Notes under the pieces: generated by a model
What the model was told of the DNA's origin: nothing
The model's database searches: none
What the model saw: only the letters and a program-made list of their open reading frames with translations
Source: an uncultured Clostridia bacterium
GTDB lineage: Bacteria; Bacillota; Clostridia; TANB77; CAG-508
Assembly: GCA_947626765.1 (NCBI GenBank)
Contig: CANQTQ010000001.1
Span: forward strand, 28,122 to 92,121
DNA: 64,000 nt
Reading direction: 5' to 3'
Program-made: the position numbers and the translations under genes
Shown here: piece after piece, positions 10,022 through 17,730 of the stretch
How positions within the stretch are numbered: position 1 is the stretch's first letter
Layout: each line of letters starts with the position of its first letter

Positions 10022-10798
10022 TTAAATTTTATTATATATTTTTAATAATTCATCTGTGTATTTTCCATCTTCATTATATATGTATAATGGTTTACATAGT
10101 TTTAAATGTGGTTTTGCATTTTTTACAGCTTTTATTAAAATTAAATTTGGTTCTTTTTTAAAATTTGGCTGTACAAATTTTAAAATTTTTGGTTCTAATT
10201 TATATTTACATAATTCTGTAATTATATCTGCTAATCTTTCTGGTCTATGCACTAAATAAAGGCTACCCTTGTCTTTTAACAAATACTGTGAAATAGAAAT
10301 AAAATCTTCTAAAGTAGCTGTTATTTCATGCCTAGAAATCAATTTTTTTTCATCTATATTAGTTCCTCCTGTTCCACTTTTTTTATATGGTGGATTTGTT
10401 ACTACACTATCAAATGTACATGGCTTATATATTTCTTTTAAATTTTTTATATTTTCACAAATAATTTGTATTCTATTTTGTAAATTATTTAGCATAATAC
10501 TTCTTTTTGCCATTTCTGCAACTTCTTTTTGAACTTCTATTCCTGTAATTTTAGTATCTTTAGTTTTGCTAGATAATAAAATTGGCAAAATTCCTGTACC
10601 AGTTCCCAAGTCTATTATATTACTTCCCTGTTTTATTTCCTTTGCAAAATCAGATAATAATACACTATCCATCCCAAAGCAAAATCCATTACTATTTTGA
10701 ATAATTTTTAAGTTTTCTAATTCTAAATCATCTATTCTTTCATTTTCTTTTAATTGCACTTCCATATTTACTCCTAAATGTTTTATATACTTATACAC
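10022..10798 (-). CDS. class I SAM-dependent methyltransferase, YabB/TrmN6-like tRNA (adenine-N6)-methyltransferase
   Basis: IDLGTGTG SAM loop and VTNPPYKK catalytic motif. It sits next to rsmI, as yabB-yabC do in Bacillus. The true start may be the internal MEVQLKEN. Confidence 0.75.
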   Translation of the reverse strand: MYKYIKHLGVNMEVQLKENERIDDLELENLKIIQNSNGFCFGMDSVLLSDFAKEIKQGSNIIDLGTGTGILPILLSSKTKDTKITGIEVQKEVAEMAKRSIMLNNLQNRIQIICENIKNLKEIYKPCTFDSVVTNPPYKKSGTGGTNIDEKKLISRHEITATLEDFISISQYLLKDKGSLYLVHRPERLADIITELCKYKLEPKILKFVQPNFKKEPNLILIKAVKNAKPHLKLCKPLYIYNEDGKYTDELLKIYNKI

Positions 10799-10864
10799 TA
10801 TATCATAAAATGTAACTATTTTAAATTGTTTTCATAAAATATATTATTAATATGAGGAGTTTTT

Positions 10865-11011
10865 ATGGAAGATAGAGGAAAAAATGAAAAAATTGATTTT
10901 AAAAAAAGAAAAGAGAATATGTGTAATTCTCTTTTCGAAGTTGAACATTTTTTAAGAAATATAAAAGATATTTCAAAAGGTTTAAAACTTTATAATATTA
11001 TAAAAAGGTAA
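10865..11011 (+). CDS. possible small protein (48 aa)
   Basis: ATG 8 nt after GAGGAG. Translation: MEDRGKNEKIDFKKRKENMCNSLFEVEHFLRNIKDISKGLKLYNIIKR. It ends just before the 20-bp palindrome at 11031-11050. No known motif. Confidence 0.3.
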   Translation: MEDRGKNEKIDFKKRKENMCNSLFEVEHFLRNIKDISKGLKLYNIIKR

Positions 11012-11030
11012 TGATTTTATAGTTAGTCTG

Positions 11031-11050
11031 CTAGAATAGTACTATTCTAG
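11031..11050. terminator. perfect 20-bp palindrome between convergent genes (probable bidirectional terminator)
   Basis: CTAGAATAGTACTATTCTAG. It shares the AATAGTACTATT core with 4265-4278. Confidence 0.5.
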
Positions 11051-11083
11051 CTTTAATATAATTATGTATAGTAATAATAATTT

Positions 11084-11713
11084 TTATAATATATTAGTTT
11101 TTATTAAACTTTCATTTCTAACAAATGGGTCTTTAAAGCTAATAACATCATCTTTAAAACTTTTATTTTCTTTTCCATTAATTAATATTTTAACTCCACT
11201 TACTTCATTTAATTCTGTTAATGTATTAACTATTGAATATATTGTGGCGTTTTCATCGTCTAATCCATTTTGATGATTTTCTATAAATTCATCTGAAAAG
11301 TCTATGTATACTATATCTCCTTTTAGTTCTGCTTTTAATATTTTTGTATCTGTTGGTATTGTAGATTTTAAATTTTCATTTTTAGGCTCTGAAATTAATA
11401 AATTTACTAAAGTTGCATAAGGATCTGTATATAAGGTCTTTGCATCTACTATTCTTCCTTCTGGAATTAATTCTTTTGTTTCTTTATTTTGATAATATAA
11501 TGTAACTATAGTTTGCCTCATTTGTTCATCACTAATTTCCTCTTGTGGCTGTATTTCAGTTATTGGCATTTCTTCTTCTCTATTTATTATATAAAGATAC
11601 ACCTCTATTCCTATAATTGCTAGAACTAAAACACTTACTAAAATAATCCAAACCTTCTTATTCATTTTTACACTCTCCTTTTTAACTTGTACTATTGGTC
11701 TATTGTTATTCAA
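11084..11713 (-). CDS. GerM-domain lipoprotein/membrane protein (sporulation/germination)
   Basis: N-terminal TM segment, then TLYYQNKETKELIPEGR...ATLVNLLISEP...GDIVYIDFSDEF, typical of GerM (Germane) domains. Confidence 0.7.
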   Translation of the reverse strand: MNNNRPIVQVKKESVKMNKKVWIILVSVLVLAIIGIEVYLYIINREEEMPITEIQPQEEISDEQMRQTIVTLYYQNKETKELIPEGRIVDAKTLYTDPYATLVNLLISEPKNENLKSTIPTDTKILKAELKGDIVYIDFSDEFIENHQNGLDDENATIYSIVNTLTELNEVSGVKILINGKENKSFKDDVISFKDPFVRNESLIKTNIL

Positions 11714-11813
11714 AATTAAAAAGGTTTAGAACTAATTTTATTTAAAATATTTGTTATTAATTAGAATTTCATGTTATTTATGTTTACTAATATTAAACTT
11801 AAAACTATATAAT

Positions 11814-11842
11814 TTGCAATATTATGTAAAATATGGTATAAT
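11814..11842 (+). promoter_or_regulatory. sigma-A type promoter for the 61-aa ORF
   Basis: TTGCAA, 17 bp spacer, TGgTATAAT (extended -10). Confidence 0.6.
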
Positions 11843-11920
11843 AAGTTTAAGTTCAGCTTAATGCTGATGTAGAATTTCCTAGTAATCATAATAAAAAGTC
11901 ACAACAAGGAGGAATTATTT

Positions 11921-12106
11921 ATGAAACGGCGTAGCATTGCTTACTTGCTCAATTGCATAATCCTTGGATCTATAATGGGTCTTGCAATTGTCGTTGGAGC
12001 AATAGTAAAGGAGTGCTATATAATTGCAATCCTTACAATTATTGTTTTAGGATTGCAAGTGTACTCCTATCATAAAGATGTAAAGGAAAGTGAACAGAAC
12101 AAGTAA
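11921..12106 (+). CDS. small two-TM hydrophobic protein (61 aa)
   Basis: GGAGG RBS 9 nt upstream, its own promoter, and a terminator at 12117-12148. Visibly higher G+C than its surroundings. Contains the only in-frame CGG (11927-11929) that is not tied to a frameshift. Confidence 0.5.
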   Translation: MKRRSIAYLLNCIILGSIMGLAIVVGAIVKECYIIAILTIIVLGLQVYSYHKDVKESEQNK

Positions 12107-12116
12107 CCGTTTCAAA

Positions 12117-12148
12117 AAGGGATATCTTTTAGATATCCTTTATTTTAT
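12117..12148 (+). terminator. intrinsic terminator
   Basis: GGATATCT-TTT-AGATATCC followed by a T-rich run. Confidence 0.7.
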
Positions 12149-12292
12149 ATTTACACACATATTTTTAAGATTGACTTTTATTGCTATTTGTAGTAAAGTA
12201 TATGTTACTTATTAAGCAAATTGTAATTTACATAAATGTACAAATAAAATTATTTAGATATTTTATTATTCTTATAAGGAGGTTTTATTTCT

Positions 12293-12956
12293 ATGACAAA
12301 AATTAAAGATCCTATAAGCTTTTTTTCACACGCTTTTGGTGCTGTACTTGCAGTTATAGGACTAGTTTTTTTAATTATTTACTCTGCTAAATTTGGAGAA
12401 GGTGCTTGGGATATAGTTTCTTTTACTATTTTTGGTGTAGCTTTAATTTTATTATATACTTTTAGCAGTTTATATCATTTATTAAATTTAAAGGAAACTG
12501 GAACTAAAGTGTTTCGTAAGTTTGACCATATAATGATTTACATTTTTATTGCAGCAAGTTATACTCCTATTTGTTTAGGTCCTTTAAGAGGAGGCTGGGG
12601 CTGGAGTATTTTTGGTATAATATGGGGACTTGCTATATTAGGTGTTTTTCTAACTATTTTTTGGTTAAATGCACCAAGGTGGCTTACTACTGGACTTTAT
12701 TTAGCAATGGGTTGGACTGTAATTATTGCTACATACCCATTAGTTACTACTTTTATTAAATTAAATGCTTTTAGTTCTCTTTTATGGCTTCTTGTGGGTG
12801 GAATTTTTTATACTATTGGTGGAATTTTATATGGTTTAAAATGGCCAAAATTTAAAAATAAATATTTTGGTTTTCATGAACTTTTCCACATTTTTATTTT
12901 GTTTCGGAAGTATATGTCATTTTATTTTTATTTTTTGTTACTTACTTTATGTTTAA
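12293..12956 (+). CDS. hemolysin III / PAQR family membrane protein; the frame requires skipping C12905 (zero-frame CGG)
   Basis: - Seven-TM protein with SLYHLL, FDHIMIY and FHELFHIF motifs.
- The zero frame runs into RKYMSFYFYF...
- Skipping C12905 (TTG TTT C GGA AGT ATA TGT CAT) gives ILF-G-SICHFIFIFCYLLYV, with a stop at 12954-12956. Confidence 0.8.
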
Positions 12957-13002
12957 ATTTATTATAGCAATTTATAATTCTATATCTAAAAACATTTTTA
13001 GG

Positions 13003-13031
13003 TTGACAATAATTATATTTTATGTTAATAT
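13003..13031 (+). promoter_or_regulatory. sigma-A type promoter of the stand-alone tRNA
   Basis: TTGACA (13003-13008), 17 bp spacer, TAATAT (13026-13031). Confidence 0.6.
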
Positions 13032-13056
13032 AATTAAAGCAATACTTTTATTGTTT

Positions 13057-13134
13057 GCAGCTATAGCTCAGAAGGTAGAGCGCATCTTTGAGGGGGATGG
13101 TCTTGTGAAGGTTCGAGTCCTTCTAGCTGCACCA
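13057..13134 (+). tRNA. atypical tRNA, predicted anticodon GAG, 78 nt including CCA
   Basis: - Hand-folded cloverleaf.
- Acceptor stem GCAGCTA/TAGCTGC.
- D arm GCTC-AGAAGGTA-GAGC.
- Anticodon stem CATCT/GGATG (one T.G pair) with loop TTGAGGG.
- 7-nt variable loop GTCTTGT.
- T arm GAAGG-TTCGAGT-CCTTC.
- Discriminator A, encoded CCA.
- Own promoter and terminator. Confidence 0.7.
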
Positions 13135-13164
13135 AGAGGTTCTAAAATAAGAACCTCTTTTCTT
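13135..13164 (+). terminator. intrinsic terminator after the tRNA
   Basis: AGAGGTTCT-AAAATA-AGAACCTCT followed by a T-rich run. Confidence 0.75.
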
Positions 13165-13326
13165 ATTTTATTTATTCTTGTAAACATCATAGCTATAGCC
13201 TTAATATTCCCACCTTTTTACATTGACAAATTAAGATTTTTTGTATAAAATTAAGGTGTTATGGCATAAATAATAATCATAAAATTTAAAATAAAATTGT
13301 ACATAAAAAAGGAGATATTATATTTT

Positions 13327-16300
13327 ATGAAACAGTTATTACATGTTGGCCTAGATGTAGGTTCTACAACAGTTAAAATTGTTATTATGGATGAAAATTT
13401 AAATACATTATATACAGATTATCAAAGACACTTTTCTGATACAAAAAATACTGTTTGCAATGTACTAGAAAATTTAGCAAATAAATATGAAGATGCAGAA
13501 TTTAGCATAGCTTTAACAGGCTCTGGTGCTATGAGTGCTGCTAAATTTTTAGATTTACCTTTCATTCAAGAAGTTGTTTCTTGTAAAAGGGCTGTTGAAA
13601 AATATATTCCTCAAACAGATGTAGTTATTGAACTTGGTGGAGAAGACGCTAAAATCATTTATTTTGATAAATCTATTGAACAACGTATGAACGGAACTTG
13701 TGCTGGTGGTACAGGTGCTTTTATAGACCAAATGGCTTCTCTTTTACATACAGACCCAACAGGTTTAAATGAGCTTGCTAAAAATCATACTATGATTTAC
13801 CCTATTGCTTCAAGATGTGGAGTATTTGCCAAAACTGATGTACAGCCTCTTTTAAATGAGGGCGCTGCAAAAGAAGATATTGCTGCTTCAATTTTTCAAG
13901 CTGTTGTAAATCAAACTATTAGTGGTTTAGCATGTGGAAGACCTATTCGTGGAAAAGTAGCCTTTTTAGGTGGCCCATTAAATTATCTTTCTGAACTACG
14001 TGCACGTTTTATAGAAACTTTACACTTAGAAGGAGACTCAATTATTATTCCAGAAGAAGCACACTTATTAGTTGCAAAGGGTGCTGCTATTGATTCTGTA
14101 AATTCTTCACACCCTATAACAGTAGAAAAATTAAGAAGCAAGATTCAAATGTTACGCATTTCTCATGATGATACTTCTCACCCTCTTTCTCCTTTATTCT
14201 CTATTGATGCAGAATACGAGGAATTTAAAGAAAGACATAATAAAGAAACTGTTAAAAAAGGTGATTTAAAAACTTACGAAGGAGACTGTTTTGTTGGTAT
14301 TGATGCAGGTTCTACTACTACAAAACTTGTTGTAATAGATAAAGAGGGAACTTTGCTATACTCTTTATATGGTAGCAATGAAGGTAATCCTCTTGAAAGC
14401 GTTATAAAAATGTTAAAGCAGTTATATAGTATTTTACCAGAAAAAGCTATAATTCGTTATAGTGGTGTAACTGGTTATGGAGAAAAGCTAATTCAAACTG
14501 CATTAAATGTTGATTTAAATGAAATTGAAACAATAGCTCACTATACTGCTGCTAAGGAATTTTTACCTAATGTTACTAGCATTGTAGATATTGGCGGTCA
14601 AGACATGAAATATATTCGTATGAAAAATGGAGCTATTGATAATATTATGCTTAATGAAGCTTGTTCTTCTGGTTGTGGCTCTTTTATTGAAACTTTTGCT
14701 AAAAGTTTAAATTTATCTATTGAAGAATTTGTAAATTCAGCTTTAGAAGCACGCAAACCAGTAGATTTAGGTTCACGTTGTACTGTATTTATGAACTCTA
14801 AAATTAAACAAGCTCAAAAAGAAGGCTACTCTGTAGGTGACATTTCTGCTGGGCTTTCTTATTCTGTTATAAAAAATGCTATTCAAAAGGTAATGAAAGT
14901 AAGAGATGTTAAAACTTTAGGTGCGCATATTGTAGTACAAGGTGGTACATTTTACAATGATGCAGTTTTAAGAGCATTTGAATTAATTGTTGGCAGAAAT
15001 GTTGTAAGACCAGATATTGCAGGTTTAATGGGTGCTTATGGTGTTGCACTTCTTAGTAAAGAACAATATGAAGCAAATTTAGATATGGAATATACTTCTA
15101 CTTTATCTAAAATGGAAGACTTAGATAATTTAAAAATTGATATTAGTCATGTTCGTTGCAATGGATGCGAAAATCATTGCTTATTAACTATAAATAAATT
15201 TAATAATGGTGCAAGATATATTTCAGGAAATCGTTGCGAAAAAGGTGCCGGTCTTGTAAATGAAAGTAAAAAAGATTTACCAAATTTAATTAAATATAAA
15301 TATGAAAGAATTTTTGGCTATACACCTTTAGACGAAAAAGATGCTAAACGTGGAACTATTGGTATTCCTAGAGTATTAAATATGTATGAAGACTATCCAT
15401 TTTGGTTTACATTTTTAAGTTCTTTAGGTTTCCGTGTAGTTTTGTCTGAAAAAAGTAATCGTAAAACTTACGAAAAAGGTATGGAAAGTATGCCATCTGA
15501 ATCAGTTTGTTTTCCAGCAAAACTTTCACATGGTCATATTGTAGGTCTTATAAAAAGTGGAATAAAAACTATATTTTACCCTTGTATGCCTTATTCTAGA
15601 AAAGAATATGAAAAAGCAGATAATCATTATAACTGCCCTATTGTTATTTCATATTCTGAAGTACTAAAAAATAATGTTGAAGAGTTAAAAGATGTTAAGT
15701 TTTTAAATCCATTTTTACCATTTGAACCAAAAATATTAGCAGAAACAATTTTGAATTTGCCAGAATTTAAAGAATATAATTTTACTAAAAAGGAATTACT
15801 AGAAGCTGCTAAAAAAGCAGAAGCTGAGTATCAAAAATGTAAAGAAGACATTAGAGCTAAAGGTGTTGAAGCCTTAGATTATATGAATAAAAACAATGTA
15901 AAAGGTATTGTTTTAGCAGGCAGACCTTATCATGTAGACCCAGAAGTTAATCATGGAATTGATACTTTAATTACAAGTCTTGGATTATGTGTTTTAACAG
16001 AAGATAGCATTTGTAATCAGACAGAAGTAAAACGCCCTATTCGTGTTGTTGACCAATGGGTATTTCATGCTAGACTTTATGCTGCAGCAGACTTTGTAGG
16101 AAAGCACGATAATTTAGAGCTTGTGCAATTAAATTCTTTTGGATGTGGTGTTGATGCTGTAACTACCGACCAAGTTGAAGAAATATTAAATAGCTATGAT
16201 AAAATGTATACTTTAATTAAAATAGACGAAATTAATAATTTAGGTGCTGTGCGTATTCGTATTCGTTCACTTCTTGCAAGTATGAGAAAAAGAGAACAAA

Positions 16301-17655
16301 ATAAAGAATTAAAAAAAGGAAATGGAAATTACGAAGTAAATAAAAAAATATTTACTAAAGATATGAAAAAAGACTATACTATTTTAATCCCACAAATGGC
16401 TCCAATACACTTCGAATTATTAGAGTCAGCGGTGCGTTCTTGTGGCTATAAGGTAGAATTATTAAGAGAGTGTACTGCACATACTGTAGAAACAGGACTT
16501 AAATATGTAAACAATGATGCTTGCTATCCATCTATTTTAACAACAGGCCAAATGATTGAGGCATTGGAATCTGGAAAATATGATTTAAATAGAACTGCAT
16601 TGATTATGTCTCAAACAGGCGGTGGATGTAGAGCAACTAATTATATTGGATTTATTCGTAAGGCATTAAAAGATGCAGGATTTGAAAATATTCCTGTTAT
16701 ATCATTTAATGTTGTCGGTATGGAAAAGATGCCAGGATTTAAAATTACTATGCCTTTAGTAGAAAGACTATTAAAAATGGTAGTTTATGCTGATCTTTTA
16801 CAAAAAATGCTTACAAAAAATAGAGCTTATGAAGTAAATAAAGGCGAAACTCAAAAACTATTTGATGAGTGGATGGAAAAATGTAAAAAATTATTAGAAA
16901 AATCTACTTTAAAAGAATTTAAGCAAAGTATTTATGATATTGTAGAAGATTTTGAAAAGATTGAATTAGATACTAGTATAGAAAAGCCAAAAGTTGGTAT
17001 TGTTGGAGAAGTTTTAATTAAATATCATCCTTTTGGAAATAACTTTGTTGCAGAAAAACTTGAAGAAGAAGGTGCAGAAGTAATTCTTCCAGACTTTATG
17101 GGATTTATTAAGTTTATTGCAACTCATAAAATTACTTTTAATCAATTAATTAAAACAGACAAAGTAAAAGCAAAATTATTTAAAGCAGCTATTAAATTAA
17201 TAGATTTATTAGAAAAAGATGCTAGAATTGCTCTTTCTAATTCAAAAAAAGGTTATTTATTACCTTGCAATATTTTTGAATTAGAAACAAAAGTAAAAGA
17301 TGTTTTATCTATAGGAAATCAAACTGGTGAAGGTTGGTTTTTAACTGCTGAAATGATTGAATATATTGAACATGGTATTCCAAATATTGTTTGTGTACAA
17401 CCTTTTGCTTGTCTTCCAAATCATGTTGTAGGAAAAGGTGTTATAAAAACTATAAGATCTAAATTTCCTGAAGCAAATATTTCACCTATTGATTATGATC
17501 CTGGAGCAAGTGAAGCAAATCAAACAAATAGAATTAAATTATTAATGACTGTTGCAAAAGATAATTTAAAGAAAAAGCAAAATGAATTAAAATCTATAAA
17601 TAAAGAAAATGACAGTATAGAAAAAATTAATGAAGATGTATCTTTAAAATTATAA
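13327..17655 (+). CDS. acyl-CoA dehydratase activase-related protein (two BadF/BadG/BcrA/BcrD-type ATPase modules plus DUF2229-type C-terminal domains)
   Basis: - LHVGLDVGSTTVKIV and CFVGIDAGSTTTKLVV are ASKHA phosphate-1 motifs.
- IGGQDMK repeats and the cysteine cluster CNGCENHCLL are present.
- Size of about 1440 aa is typical of this fusion family.
- The track start (13297) is TTG; ATG 13327 is more likely. Confidence 0.8.
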   Translation: MKQLLHVGLDVGSTTVKIVIMDENLNTLYTDYQRHFSDTKNTVCNVLENLANKYEDAEFSIALTGSGAMSAAKFLDLPFIQEVVSCKRAVEKYIPQTDVVIELGGEDAKIIYFDKSIEQRMNGTCAGGTGAFIDQMASLLHTDPTGLNELAKNHTMIYPIASRCGVFAKTDVQPLLNEGAAKEDIAASIFQAVVNQTISGLACGRPIRGKVAFLGGPLNYLSELRARFIETLHLEGDSIIIPEEAHLLVAKGAAIDSVNSSHPITVEKLRSKIQMLRISHDDTSHPLSPLFSIDAEYEEFKERHNKETVKKGDLKTYEGDCFVGIDAGSTTTKLVVIDKEGTLLYSLYGSNEGNPLESVIKMLKQLYSILPEKAIIRYSGVTGYGEKLIQTALNVDLNEIETIAHYTAAKEFLPNVTSIVDIGGQDMKYIRMKNGAIDNIMLNEACSSGCGSFIETFAKSLNLSIEEFVNSALEARKPVDLGSRCTVFMNSKIKQAQKEGYSVGDISAGLSYSVIKNAIQKVMKVRDVKTLGAHIVVQGGTFYNDAVLRAFELIVGRNVVRPDIAGLMGAYGVALLSKEQYEANLDMEYTSTLSKMEDLDNLKIDISHVRCNGCENHCLLTINKFNNGARYISGNRCEKGAGLVNESKKDLPNLIKYKYERIFGYTPLDEKDAKRGTIGIPRVLNMYEDYPFWFTFLSSLGFRVVLSEKSNRKTYEKGMESMPSESVCFPAKLSHGHIVGLIKSGIKTIFYPCMPYSRKEYEKADNHYNCPIVISYSEVLKNNVEELKDVKFLNPFLPFEPKILAETILNLPEFKEYNFTKKELLEAAKKAEAEYQKCKEDIRAKGVEALDYMNKNNVKGIVLAGRPYHVDPEVNHGIDTLITSLGLCVLTEDSICNQTEVKRPIRVVDQWVFHARLYAAADFVGKHDNLELVQLNSFGCGVDAVTTDQVEEILNSYDKMYTLIKIDEINNLGAVRIRIRSLLASMRKREQNKELKKGNGNYEVNKKIFTKDMKKDYTILIPQMAPIHFELLESAVRSCGYKVELLRECTAHTVETGLKYVNNDACYPSILTTGQMIEALESGKYDLNRTALIMSQTGGGCRATNYIGFIRKALKDAGFENIPVISFNVVGMEKMPGFKITMPLVERLLKMVVYADLLQKMLTKNRAYEVNKGETQKLFDEWMEKCKKLLEKSTLKEFKQSIYDIVEDFEKIELDTSIEKPKVGIVGEVLIKYHPFGNNFVAEKLEEEGAEVILPDFMGFIKFIATHKITFNQLIKTDKVKAKLFKAAIKLIDLLEKDARIALSNSKKGYLLPCNIFELETKVKDVLSIGNQTGEGWFLTAEMIEYIEHGIPNIVCVQPFACLPNHVVGKGVIKTIRSKFPEANISPIDYDPGASEANQTNRIKLLMTVAKDNLKKKQNELKSINKENDSIEKINEDVSLKL

Positions 17656-17690
17656 TTAGTAAAAAAATAATTTAAAATGTATAATAAAAA

Positions 17691-17728
17691 ATAATTATCG
17701 TAAAAATATTTACGATAATTATTTTTTT
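17691..17728 (+). terminator. intrinsic terminator
   Basis: ATAATTATCGTA-loop-TACGATAATTAT followed by T7. Confidence 0.8.
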
Positions 17729-17730
17729 AT

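Noticed and set aside
12949-13248. 99-aa plus-strand ORF downstream of the PAQR gene.
   Set aside because: It runs straight through the promoter, body and terminator of the tRNA at 13057-13134, so it is a by-product of that locus.
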